This document shows, piece after piece, positions 23,847 to 37,300 of a stretch of DNA of 64,000 bases. The stretch is from NCBI GenBank assembly GCA_043228905.1, contig JBHGNT010000017.1, positions 15,562,001 to 15,626,000 on the forward strand, written 5' to 3'. The translations under genes were made by a program, and so were the position numbers. The notes below the pieces were generated by a model. It made no database searches. It saw only the letters and a program-made list of their open reading frames with translations, and was not told where the DNA came from. Each line of letters starts with the position of its first letter. Within the stretch, counting starts at the first letter, position 1. The stretch comes from Azolla caroliniana (taxonomy: Eukaryota > Plantae > Polypodiophyta).

Positions 23847-26800
23847 AGGTGTCTCAAATTGAAGGCGAAAAAGATTTAGTGCACACAATTTGGAGACACC
23901 ATTGGTTTTAGGTGAACACAATGCTTTGGTTGGTACATTTGAAAATGAGGAGGAAGAGTCACAATTGTATATTAGCTATAATAACGTTCTCATGAAAGGA
24001 GTAATCACAATTATGCAAATAAATCCTAAATGTATATTTTGTGCAACGATACGTGACAAATTTAGACAACATTTTATCGAATGATATACAAAAGTTAATT
24101 GTTTTGAAATCTTTTGTGTTTGATTTCTTTAAGGTCTAAAAACTTATTAGTTGTCATTTTCCTTAAAAATATACAAAGTTACTTTTTGTATTTAACCAAA
24201 TTTTGATGTTTTCTATTTTACCAACTAGCAACATAATAGTAACTCATGTCTACAACCTCCACAAATCTTTTTAGATGCATAATATGGCTTCTGTTGTCTT
24301 TACTCTCAATTCTAGTTTGGGGTACTCACAATTATATGATACTTTGTCATTTGTTCGTAAGGTTGAAAAGTTATTGTAGTTGGGTTATTTTCGCTTGAAG
24401 GTGTCTCGTGTCATGTGTCATTGGAATATTTCTCTTGACATAATAATAACTCATAACTGCAAACTCAACAAATCCCTTATAGATGTATTTTAACATTTAT
24501 TAAGTGGGGTTTGAGTTTCATATTATGTACAATGATGATTAATACACTTCATGGAATTTCTGGACCTCAACCAAGAATTGGATAAAAAAATTGATAGATT
24601 GAATATAGGATTATTGATTTTCTTGTCTTGAAATTATTTAGTTCCAAATTCGGTTTTTAAGAAACGTACGCATGCGTGATGCTAAAATAAGGCATTTTTA
24701 CACATTTCACCAAGATATGAAAAAGAGAATGCGACATATTACCTGTTTCAAATGTCCCACTATTTACTATAGTAACATATGTGATTACCATTAATAGTAC
24801 ATAATATGACCTAAAGTTTAAAACTTTAAACTTTAAACCCTATTATTAACCCTAAACATACATGGATGGGAGAGGAGGGCAGCTTAGTGTCTCATCGGTA
24901 TGCAAAAATTAATGGCGGGGGAAGATGTGTAGTGTGCAGTGTCCACTATGCAAGGCTCAAGCAACAAATCGTTCAAGGCTGGATGGGAGAGGAGAGGAGC
25001 ATCGGGCATTCAAGTATTGTGGTCTCATTAGGTTGGGGGGATGTCAAGTACCTACCATTTGGGTCAACAAGCATAAAAATAAGAGCACTGGAATAAATAG
25101 AAAGCTCAAAGTAACACTAGAAAAGGGGAGATAGAGTAAATCTCATCCAAAACTAAAGGGGAAGTGGCCACTCTAACGTGAAAGAGACCCAACCCTATTG
25201 TAAAAAGATATAAAAGTCACCTTTTCATTTATTGGTTTTCTCCTTTCACGCAATCTTTTTTAGAGCTCTAACTCTAGCTCAATCTTTCACTTAAGTTTAG
25301 GAGTGATTAGGATTAAGTACCAATCAGCCGAACCCTCATAACTCCACCTCTTGTATGTGTGTAATATACTTTCTTCATGTATAATAATGAGTCCTTTCAA
25401 ATGCAACCATGTTTGGTCCAAGGCCCTTGTTTACTACTATCTTCAAGAGACAACATTTCCATATCTTCTTGTAATTTTAGGTAGCTTGGATTTCTACCTA
25501 CCCCTTATTTCATAGGCTCACCAAACTTTATGATGGGTCTTTTGAAGTGCTTTTGATGTCACTAGACTTGGTCTTTGGCCCTTGTACATATTTTAGCAGA
25601 TAGAAGTTCTATAAGTCACTTTAACTTTGTTAAAGGTTTCAAATGGCGTGGTCATGCTTATTTTTCCATATTATTTATTCACTTTCAAATCTAACTCACC
25701 AATGTTTGTTCAAGCCATTTTTGGCTATTCCATATTTCTAGGATGTTGAGATTTTTCTTCACCCCTTTTAATACAATATGTTCCTTGAACTTTTACAAGT
25801 TTATCATTATGTTTTGTAGCTTTGTTGAGTTCTCTTTATTGACATCATGTGGCATGGTTCCATGATCATTGGTGCATTATGGTTCGAAAGTCGTGAACTT
25901 GGCACATGCTACCAAGGGTTTCTACATTCTTTTGCATATCATCTATGTGGCCATGCATAACATCCACATGTATATTGTTGTTGTTGTAAATGGGTTTAGA
26001 AGATATTTTAATGAGCCCACTGTATGGGCCATGGGCCCAACAACATTCTGTTAGAGTTGCATGGTGTATGTGGCTCCATGTTCCAATGCTTGGCTTACTA
26101 CAAGTAGTCCTTACCATAAGGGTCATCTTTAAGTTGCCCAAGTACTCCCTAGGATCCCATTGTTACCCATTCCGAGGTCCATATTTTTAGCATCCCCAAA
26201 TTTTGGTCTGGATTTTCCAAGTTTGTGGGGTTATTATGAGATGGCTTACTATAAGTATCCTTTACCATTAGGATCATTTGCGTGACCCAAGTACATCTTG
26301 TGCTCTGACCTCTTTCCCATTCAAGGGGTCCATGTTATTTTGAGCTTTTTTGGACTTAATTCCCATGGTTGTGGAGCTAAGAGATGTCCATCCTTTACTA
26401 TGGACATATCATGACCTCAAATTTCCCATGGTTCTGGTGCTAAAAGATGTCCATCCTATGGCTAGACTTGGGATAAATTGTTTTATACTATGGACATATC
26501 ATGTGCCAACTATAGCCTTCCATTGTTCTCCAATACTCTCTAGGGGTATATTTTTCTACTCGAGTACAAGTTTTTAATTGTAGATCCATGATTTGTTCTC
26601 AAAATAGAAGGAGACAAATAGCTAAAAAGAGGTCAACGAACAAATGAAAATGTACTTCACAGGATAATAACAATAATAGATGTGAGAAAATATACACACC
26701 TTTAATGTCATAATTATATTTATAGACACTCCAATGTATGTATTTGAAATACTACAAAAACGTTCAAGTTCTAGATTTTGGTTATGGTTCCTTCAAATAA

Positions 26801-27373
26801 TAGAGATGACAAAGATTTCATTGAGCATTGCCATAAAGGTCATACATGACAGCAAGAGAAATTAAAGTGCTTTGTTTGTAACAATATGTTAATATAGACC
26901 TAAGGCATTGGCATTTTGTAACCTTATAAGGGCGGATAAGAGATGTGTGCCACGGACAATGTTTTCTTCAGGTTTCAATAGCAATGTGTCCTATGCTGTG
27001 CAAAAGAGCGTATAATGTTTATCCACATTTTAACACTCCGATCCTGAGGACAATGCTTAAACATTCATTACCTTCAGGTTTCTACTACGTTTTTCGCTGC
27101 AGATCAACTCTTTACTTTAACCTTGATGCTGGCCGAATTGGTTTAAGGAAATAAGAGGGGCTTTCGACCATCGTCAGATAAAAATGACTTTGCTATCGAA
27201 ACTGTTCCGATCTAAGTTCATGCTTTTCATCATAGAGCTCCTGTCATATACAAATATTCAAATATTTTCAATATGATTTATAATTTTGCCTGAATGGAGA
27301 TATGAAAAACTCCTAAACTTTGCTAAGATGGTATCTTAAGACGTGATGATGTTAGGATTCACCATTCTTATTT

Positions 27374-30300
27374 TCAAGCAAATGCATAGGGATCGTCAGC
27401 ATAAGGATCCAGTGATTTGCCACCAAATAGGTCACCCATGCTATTTGTATAAGTTCGTGATGGCTTAACCTGTCAGAAATTATTTGCATACTCTCTTTCC
27501 CATTTTTAAGAACTCTTAATTAGCTTTAAACGTCTTAATGTAGGTGTTACCTTTCGATGCTCACTAGTAGATGAAAGCCTTACACTCTTTCTGCTTCCCA
27601 TTCTTTTACTATCCAGTCCTGGTTGGCTCTGCATGAAATAAAATAATCACTTGCGTTATCGGTAACTAGAATGCATAACTCAAACACGCATTCTTCAACC
27701 GTCTTCTTCCTTTCTTACCTCGAACATTACTGTGCTTTTTGTCCTCTTACGTCTGATTGTTTTCCTTCCATCACTTGTAGCAACTTCATACTCATGATGT
27801 GTGACCTATGAATTATACATATTGTGAGATGTTTATTGAAAGCGTAAGAAAATTTCAACGCAATTATTCTTCTCTTGGTGCAATTTCATGCTCGTGATGT
27901 ATCTTTATACATCACAAATTGTGTGACTCTCTTCGAAAGCGCAAGGTTAGGAACTTTTGAAAATATTCTATTCGTAGGCAGAAGTTCAAAAATCTTACAG
28001 TCTTGCTATGCGTTGGAAGGTTCGCACTATCACATCTGCCTTTCTCAGTGATCATTGGCGTTTCCTCTCCTAGCGAAGGCTAGAAACTCAAAAGAAACTC
28101 TAACTTCAAAATCACAAATTGCTGAAGTCCATGACATTTTTTTAATTATTTGGATTATACTTCTATATTTGGATCTTTTGTTTCATTTGCGAAGACCCCA
28201 CCTGATCGATTTTCTTCCCACCGCTTAAATTACAAGCCTTAGCAGCACCACTAGAGAAGTTTTGATTAAGAGGAGTGACAGAACATTCCTACAGTATCAA
28301 TGCAATTAGATATTAGATTCGATCTGGCTCTCGATCTCTACCTGGAACATTAAACGTTATCCTACATCAAATACTAAATCCTCTTATTGGTATAGCTTTA
28401 CTCACCTGAAGACCACATCTGTTCTTTGCCTCTAAGATTTTACACTTCGACTCCCAGAGTGTAGCCTTCCTTTTGTACTGAACAAATTAGAACGAATTCA
28501 ACCAGGGTTTTGACACCGTAACCTTAGAAGAAGCAATGCCTGAGGCAAATTAGATTTATGAAATACCTCGTCCACTTCTTTTTGCAAAGAAACCCGAATT
28601 TCCACAATTGCCTGTTGATGGCTCTCTTCCAGCTTTTTACGATCTGATTCAAATTTACTGACAGCCTGTTCATACTGGTTATAGGAATATTACACACGTT
28701 ATAGGGAAATTGAAGATGAACCAAGAAGGCATGGAATAAATCGTATTTTGAAAGCCTACTTTGCTTGACGAGATTTTAAGTTCTTCTTCTCTCTTTAACT
28801 TTTCTTCCTTAAGCTGGTCTTCCAAAGCACACAACTGACTCTCCAATTTTGATGCCTTCTCATCAGTCTCAACAGTGAGAAAGTATATATTTACCTAAAT
28901 GACTTCATGTAGGGTTCCAAAACATGTGTCTAACAAGAATTTACCTTAGAACTATTAGACAATTTGCCAATTTTTAGTTTTTTTATCTCATCACTGAACT
29001 TTGTTTGCATCTCCTTGGTTTTCATCTCTGATTCTTGCATCCATTTAGTTTTCTCCTGCATATAAGTAAAAGTTATATCTCAAATTCTCCCCAGAAAAAA
29101 CTTTTCGACATCACAGGATCCAATTCATTGAGTTGGTTTTTCTATTACCATTTCTAATTGTTGGATTAACTCATTATTCTTGTTTACTGCGTCTTCATAC
29201 TGAAATTGAATCTTGTTTATTTCAGCCGCGTGAATGAGCATCATTTCCTTCAACTGGAAACAAAAATATTAAAAATTACTTGATTTACCTATGAAACAAG
29301 AATATAACATACATTTCCATTCTCCTGACTAGTCTAACATGCAATATGGAATACCTTTGCCTCATGTCCTTCGTTCTGAGCATTTTGATTTTCGAGGGCA
29401 GCCACCTTAATTTTGGAATCGCACTCTTCTTTCGCTGCTTCAAGCATAAGCTTTGCCTGATCAATAAGAGCAAGTTATTACTTGTGTACTTACGTTATAG
29501 AATAATCTAGTCCGCTTAAACTAGAAATAACTTTGAATCTCTAACATTAACCTTCTGTTCTTCCTTCTTTATCGCTTCTTTCGTTTCATTTTCATATTTC
29601 TTTCTCATATCTGTCATTTCCTGAAAAAGGAAGCTACATTATAAGCTGATAGAATTAAAATATCCCTTCCACCAATAGTTACGATGCATCAAACCTGATC
29701 GTTCCTTTCACTGATTTCTCTGATATGTTTATTTAACTCCATCTGTTTTGCTTCCAACTGTGTTTCCACATGTTTACGAATGTCATGCGCCAACCGTTCA
29801 GCCGACGTCTTTTGTTCTAGCGCCTGCAAATTTATTATTTGAAATTCTGTTGATTAAAACATTCAAATTTTCACAGGCTTCGCCTCTAGTCCTCTACGTA
29901 TATTGTTATATTTCAATTCATAGGTTCAAATCGCATGTTCTTCTTGGACCTCTGTACAACGATCTGTCAGACGCTTTTGTTCTTCCGTCAAACCCGCTAT
30001 TATCTGATCTTTATCCGAGCACGCAGCTTGGAGATCAAACTTTTCTTTCTCAAGTTGCACAAGTAATTCTGCATCGGCTAGAATTTTGCTGTTAAGCTTG
30101 GCAAGCTCATCTAGTTTTTCCTGGATTAAACTTTGCAGATTCCCGTTAACACTGTCTATTTCAGCCCTCAGAGCACAGTTTTCTCCGGTTAGATTCTCCT
30201 GAAAGTTCACACAAGGAAGAAATTGACATAAGTAGCAATACATTATGCACAATTCAATCGTTTCTACATCAATCATGACTGGAAAACATTCAACGGTTTC

Positions 30301-32502
30301 TTCAATTGCTTGAAATTACCTTTACTCTCGCCAAATCCTCAAGATTCTGAGTTAAGGATGACACGTCCTCTTGTAAGTTCTCATAACGGTGCTCCATTTC
30401 ATGTTTTACTTTGGACAGTTCACTGATCTTCTGTTGAGCACTCTGCAGTTCATTCCTCAAATTTTCTAATGCTAGAGAGCTTTCCCTTTGAGTTATTCCA
30501 TGACGTTCACTAAGAGATTGCATTTTCCTTTCAGCCTCTGTCATAGGAAAGGAATGTTTCATTTTAAAGGACACTATGAATGCTTAGTTTCCATTTGATT
30601 CTTATGAAACTGGTCAAATCTAATCTACAGGATACTTTATTTCTATCTGATTCTTAAAATTAGAGTTACAATGTCTGAACTAAAGATGTCTTCCTCGATA
30701 TACTGATATTTTCACCTTCCACTTGTCTGTCTAGATCGACTTTAACACCGTTGAGCCTCTGATATTCTAGTTGAAGATCCTTCAGTTCCTTCCACGCATT
30801 CTCCTTAGCATTTCTTTCTTCTTGCATCCATTCTTTGGAGCCTGCTATCTCAGTCAAGAGCTTTCCAATATTTTCCATTGCAAGACCATTACCTTCCTCT
30901 AGATCTTTCACTTTCACAGCCATCCGCTCTATGTTTTCTTTCAGCTCAGTGTTTTTTACTAATTCGCCAGCGAGCTTTGTATCTAGTGTCTCAACTTGAA
31001 GTTCTAGTTGATATCTAGCTTTAGTCTGAAAGGATCGAGTATCTCTTGTTCATGAAAAAACGTAAAACTGACAGTACTATTATACAACGCAGAAATGGTC
31101 CCATACCAGATTCTCCTTGATTTCATTAAGTTCTCGTAAACGAATCACATTCTGCTCAACTTCCTTTTGAGCTTTATCAAGTTGATTTTGAGTTGATGTA
31201 AATTTCTCTCTTTCTTGTTGAACAACAGTATTAAGAGTTGTTAAATTGATTTCGCGATCCGCTGCAGTTAAATTGAGAGCGGAGCAATGAATTCAAAATC
31301 CCTGAAAAAGCTACGTTTAAGATTAGCAGAATCCAAATGTATAAGATTCAAAATGCATACTTTTTTCAGCTTGAAGCTGGCGAACTCTATCAATTTCTTG
31401 CGCCAGAGATTGCAATGATTGCTCATGTAGCTTTTTTAAATCTGCATACTTGTTTTCCCCTTCACAGGTCGATGTTTACATGTAAGGTAAATTAATATGA
31501 ATTCCTGGTTCGATATTCTGAACTAGTCTAGGCAGCGAATAACCAGCTGATTCTCCTAAATTTTCAAGAGCTACTGCGGAATGAAATATGTCTTACAATC
31601 CGCAGTAATTCTTTCAGCGTTATCTTTCTTTGCAGACAATTCGTCCATCTGGATTCTAATGTCTTGATGAAACTTCAATCTTTCCGCAAGCTTTTCTTCT
31701 AATATCTGTTTAGCTTGTTCAGCTGCATCAGATTCCATCCCTTATATCTGTATGCACGGTAAACGTCTACTAGAGATGTAATATGCTATCACGAATCAGA
31801 TCTTGAGTCTCGGATAAACCTTCTCCAACTTGGTGTGCCAACTGTTGAAGTGTGTCCATCAGTTGATCGCAATATGTCTTTGAAGAAGAGAACTTGTATT
31901 CCAAACCATCCCAGAGCTTCATTGCTTCCTCTTGCTTGATTCTAAGCACAGAATTTTCGTTTCTCGTTTCTTGAAGAGCAGACTCTAGCAATCGAACTTC
32001 CCTTTCCGATTTATCAAGCTTCGAATACTGCAGATTGTCCCTATCCAGAATCAGATATCGCAAATTTTGCAGGTACTTACTCTAAAAACAATTCAGCAAA
32101 ACGCATAGCAGCGCATATGTACAGCAACGTGGAGATCAGTTTTGACAGATGCTTGTTCTTGAATCATTTTCTCTGTCACACAAACAATACAGATGAAAAA
32201 TAGACAGCATCCGTTATATTTGGAGCGAGGAAACAAAGAAGAATCCATTATATGTGGAGTTAGAAAACAAACAAGGATCCATTGATATATTTAGAATGAG
32301 AAATGACATCACCTGCGGTGAGTTTGAGCTGCGTTAAGCTTTCGCTGGCTTTGAAATCAGACTTCGTTGGAGGTTCCACCTTGTTCTGATTCTCTAATTT
32401 CAGGATCGATGATGATGATCCGATCAAAGGCGAACCTCTGGGAATGAGACGGCTATGGGTTTCCAGCCTCATGGAGCTGGACTTCTGGAGAATGGAATGC
32501 AT
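27374..32502 (-). CDS. ZYP1: Synaptonemal complex transverse filament protein ZYP1 (multi-exon; span from ATG to stop)
   Basis: Spliced N-terminus LTQLKLTA|[17 protein letters not shown]|YSKL...[31 protein letters not shown]; long coiled-coil exons; [14 protein letters not shown]; C-terminus [21 protein letters not shown]. All match plant ZYP1 hallmarks. GT-AG introns, e.g. exon 1 32502-32313 and exon 2 32172-32123. Confidence 0.93.
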
Positions 32503-32859
32503 CTTTCTCAGGTCAGACGTTGCCTCTGCAATAGCTGGTAGTAGTTATCTGTTTACCCCGACGAAACCTTAGCAAGCTTCCATTGGTGTTTAACAGCTAT
32601 ACTTCTTCTGAACATGCAGTCAGAGAGAAAGAAAGAAGCTTTCGAATTTATATAGTTTACTTTCGTTTTGCCAGAAAAAGGCGGGCTACTAAATGAGGTA
32701 AGAAATGTATGCCATTTTTAGACATTTGCAAAACCTACACTTCACTTGAACTAATCCTTTTGACATGAATATGATAGGAGGAGCAGTCAATAGTAATGAG
32801 GAGGTGGTTTCCTCGACACGATATGTTCGCCCTGCGAATTCATTCTAATTGAAACCCGA

Positions 32860-32883
32860 AAACCCTAACTAAACTTGGGCCCA
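32860..32883. promoter_or_regulatory. Telo-box (AAACCCTAA) next to site II/TCP motif (TGGGCCCA), about 360 bp upstream of the ZYP1 ATG
   Basis: Both motifs read directly (32860-32868, 32876-32883); the pair is a known plant promoter module. Function here untested. Confidence 0.4.
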
Positions 32884-32885
32884 CA

Positions 32886-33263
32886 CATTGATTAAGAAGG
32901 GTTTGAACCCATCGGCCTTGCTATGTATATGGTGGAAGGAATGCTTTATATGTTTACCTGGTGCGCCATGTCATTTGGCGCAAGGCCAGTATGTCGAATC
33001 ACTTTCTTGTCCCCCATTGAAATCTCCCCTTCGTGGGATAAGACCGATATAGGTTTCATGGGGCATAGCTAGTTCTCATTGATTAAGAAGGTCTGAACCC
33101 ATCGGCCCTTACGATGTATATTGTGGAAGGAATGCTTTATATGTTTACGTTGTGTGCCATGTCATTTGGCGCAAGGCCAATATGTCGAATTACTTTCTTG
33201 TCCCCTCCTGAAAGCTCCCCTTCATGGGATAAGACCGATGTAGGTTTCATGGGGGTGTCGCTA
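32886..33263. repeat. Tandem duplication of a ~190-bp unit upstream of ZYP1
   Basis: CATTGATTAAGAAGG...GGTTTCATGGGG occurs at 32886-33076 and 33077-33263 with scattered substitutions. Confidence 0.92.
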
Positions 33264-33769
33264 GCACTCGGCTCCCCATGCATGGCTTTATGACTATTGT
33301 CATGAACTTCTTGTGTCCATGCAATTTATAATAAATGAATCTCAATAATGGGTACATTCACTCATAGCAATGATCAAGAAAGGAATGAAACTTGATGCAT
33401 TCAACGAATATCATAATTTGTGAACCATCACGACCTTGAATGTATCACTTGTGTCAGAGGCTTCTCCGTGGGCATGCACTACTTGGGCATCCACACTCCC
33501 CATTACCTCCCCATTACAAAAAGTGTGTCAATTTAGAGAGAGTGAGAGGGAGAGTTTAAAGGCATATTCGATATGACAATAAATATAGCCATTTTAGCTT
33601 AATTTGAAATTAGAATTCACCAAATCCTAGCCTCCATCCTAATGAGAAGTGATATCTTTGTTTCATATTTTAGAGGTGAGACAAAAATGGAATTATGAGG
33701 TTGGTCCTATTTACATTGATACATGCTTACATATATGCATACACACACACATATACATACATACATACA

Positions 33770-33815
<46 letters not shown>

Positions 33816-34316
33816 CCATAGATAACCAACGTGGCTAGTTCTTTGTTGTTGAGGATAACATATTCGTTGTTGAGAAAGTGTTGAAGAAATGAAGGACGGT
33901 TGAATGCGGTACTCAAGAGGATGGTGTAATATGATGCAAAAGTAGTCATATTTTTAAATCCTGGGGAGGAGAAGATGACTAAACAATATCTAACCACTCT
34001 TCATGAAATTGTAGACCAAGAACAAAAGGATATTCTACTAAACAACAATGACATAAATTCACATGTTGAATTGAGTATTCCATAAAAGGATACCCTCAAA
34101 GACTTCTCCATATTTCTTGATAGAGGCATTATCCTTCTTTTACCCAAAAACTATGGACTCATAGTTTGGGCTCACTAAAGGATTACCGTCGTGGTGAACT
34201 AAAATGGGGTTTAAGATGTATACAAAAGTCTAAGAATGTCCTTTTGAAGCTATGTTCAAAATAGAACAACTAGAAGATCCCACTTTCCTATATTCTTGCA
34301 ATGACAAGTTAGTTTA

Positions 34317-37300
34317 TGTTGGGATTTCGGTCCCTCCGGATGGGATGTCCGGAGATGAATGACGGCAAGCCCGGTTGCGGTTACGGAACCGGATGATGAA
34401 GAGTACCCGGCATGAAGCCGGATGAAGAGTACCCGGATACGGATCCGGATGATGAAGACCCCGGTTACGGAGCCGGATGACGAATGTACCCGGAGAGAGA
34501 TCCGGATGCGGGGGACATATTTGTGAATATGTTTGCCAAGGGCCCTTGAGGCTATATTTGTAAATAGCCCGAAAGTCATATGTGTATAAATATGACTTAG
34601 GGCAAACAGTTTGTAGTTGTTGCTCATTTTTATGTTTTCAGCCGAGAGAGAGCAAAGTGAGAGCAGCCGAGAGAGAGAGAGAGAGAGAGAGGAAGGAAGA
34701 GGTCGACGCCTCTGTGTAATACCGCCGCCTGTGGCGAAGGCAGTGAGCTCAAGGTTGTTGCCTTGTAGCTTCACCATTGTACATCTCTGTGTATAGTGAT
34801 AGTTGGAGTTTGAGGACTCCCGTGGTTTTTCCCATTTAGGGTTTTCCACGTAAAACATCCTGTGTACTCTTCTCTCTATTGTCTTCGTGCATTTCGTGTA
34901 TTTCCCGTTTTCTGTGAATCGATCCTGTTCCTCGGTTGTGGCCGAGCACTGTTGTTCAACAAAGTGGTATCAGAGCGACGGTAACACAGAAAATGGAAGG
35001 CGGCAGCAGCGGGCAGCCGGGGATGATGGTGCTGAATGCGCAGAACTACGCCGACTGGAAGATAAAGATGGAGGATCTGCTCATTGTTCGGGACCTGTAT
35101 GAACCGATCGACAGGTCGGAAATACCCAAGGGGGTACTTGAGACGGAATGGAGGCTTCTGAACCGGAAAGCCGTTGCAACCATTCGGCAATACGTCGACG
35201 TGAGCGTTCTACAACACGTGGCGAACGACACCAACGCATATGAGATGTGGCGGAAGCTGTCGGGCCTCTACGAGAGGAAGAATGCGTTGAACCGGACCTC
35301 CCTGATGAGAAAGATAGTGAACCTCAAGTACCGGGACGGCGAGAGCATGGTGGAACACGTAAGCACGTTCATGGGATTCGTGAACCAGCTTGCGGCGATC
35401 AAGTTCCCGTTGGAGGATGCAATGCAAGCCATCATTCTGATGTGTACATTGCCGGAAAGCTGGGAGAACTTGGTGGTGACTCTTAGCACCTCCTGCACCG
35501 AAGATAACTTGTCTCTACAAACGGTAAAGACAAGCATTTTGAACGAAGAAGCGCGTCGGAGAGATAAAGAACCGGCCTCCGACTCGAAGGCGCTGCTTAC
35601 CGAATCGGAACGGGGAAGACAATGGAACCGGAGTCCGCAAAGACGGGAGAAGTCGGGGACCCGGTCGCAGTCAAGAGGAAGACCCACATGCTTCCACTAT
35701 GGGAAGCCGGGGCACTTCCGGAAGAATTGTCGGCATTACCGAAAGGACAACGGAGCCGACGACACCGATTCGAAGAAGTCACCGGAGAGAAACGGTGCAT
35801 ACCGAGGAGCCACGGACCGGAGAGGTCCGGATCGGCGAGGGCAGGACCGGAAAGGAACGACGGCACTCGCGGCAAGTGAAGAAGAGATAATGCTCATTAC
35901 CGAAGAGAGGGAGCTGAACCTTGCCGGTGTAGAGATGACCTGGGTGGTCGATTCCGGAGCGTCGTTCCACCTGACACCGGAAAAGAAATACTTCTCATCC
36001 TACACAGCCGGTGAGCATGGCTGTGTCCGGATGGGAAATGAAGGCACATGCCGGATTGCCGGCATAGGAGACGTGTGGCTGATGACATCAACCGGATGCA
36101 AGATGCTGCTGAAGGATGTGCGACACGTTCCGGAGGTCCGATTGAACCTGATCTCGGCCGGGAGGCTAGATGATGAAGGCTACACGGGTAGCATCCGGAA
36201 CGGTGTCATGAAGTTCAGCAAGGGGAGCCTGATAGTGGCTCGGGCCCGGAAGGTCAACACACTGTACCTGATGAATTCCCGGCTATGTCCGGAGGAGCTG
36301 AACGTGGCAGCTGACACTGCCGGTGAGCTGTGGCACAAGAGACTGTGTCACATGAGTGAGAAGGGGATGAAGAGGCTTGCAGAAGACAACCTTATTCCAG
36401 TGAAGCATGTGCACCTGGAGAAGTGCACCGATTGCCTGGCCGGGAAGCAGAACCGAACCTCCTTCCACTCAAGGCCACCGACGAGACGTAGTGTACCATT
36501 GGAGTTGGTGCACACTGATGTGTGTCAGGTAGAAACGAAGTCACATGGCGGAGCCCAATACTTCGTAACATTCATAGATGACCATAGCCGGAAGTTGTGG
36601 ACGGCACCGTTGAAGACAAAGGACCAAGTATTGTCCGTCTTCAAAGAACTCCACGCGAGAGTGGAAAGGGAATCCGGCAAGAAGCTGAAAGCGATACGAG
36701 CGGATAACGGAGGGGAATACCGGGGGCAGTTCACGGAGTACTGTCGCTCGAAGGGAATCCGGCTTGAGTTTACCGTGCCGAAGACGCCGGAACTGAACGG
36801 GCTGGCCGAGAGGATGAACCGGACCATAATGGAGAGGGTCCGGAGTATGCTGGCGCATGCGAAATTACCAAAGGGGTTTTGGGCTGAGGCAATGTCGACG
36901 GCGACATACGTGATAAACAGATCACCCTCAGTACCTTTGGACGGAGACACACCGCAGAGAGTGTGGACCGGTAGGGAAGTATCCTACCGGCATCTGAAGG
37001 TGTTCGGGTGTCTCGCATATGTGCATGTGGCAAAGGACCGGAGAGGAAAGTTAGATCCAAAGACCCGGCCATGCATATTCCTCGGTTACGGCGACGACGA
37101 GTTCGGCTACCGAGTATGGGACCCGGTCGACAAGAAGATATTCAGGAGTCGAGATATCATCTTCATGGAGAACAAGACACTCGCCGACTGGGAGTCGGAG
37201 AAGAAGATGAAGAGCTCCAAGTCGACCGGTGAGGATCAACTCTACGAGGAGCAGTCCCGACCGGCAAGGGACCGGTTAGCACTCGAGGATCCGGCCGAAG

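Noticed and set aside
24865-26580. Possible genes in short ORFs between the MTase region and ZYP1
   Set aside because: Short, stop-ridden and without recognisable motifs; probably old repeat debris that I cannot classify.
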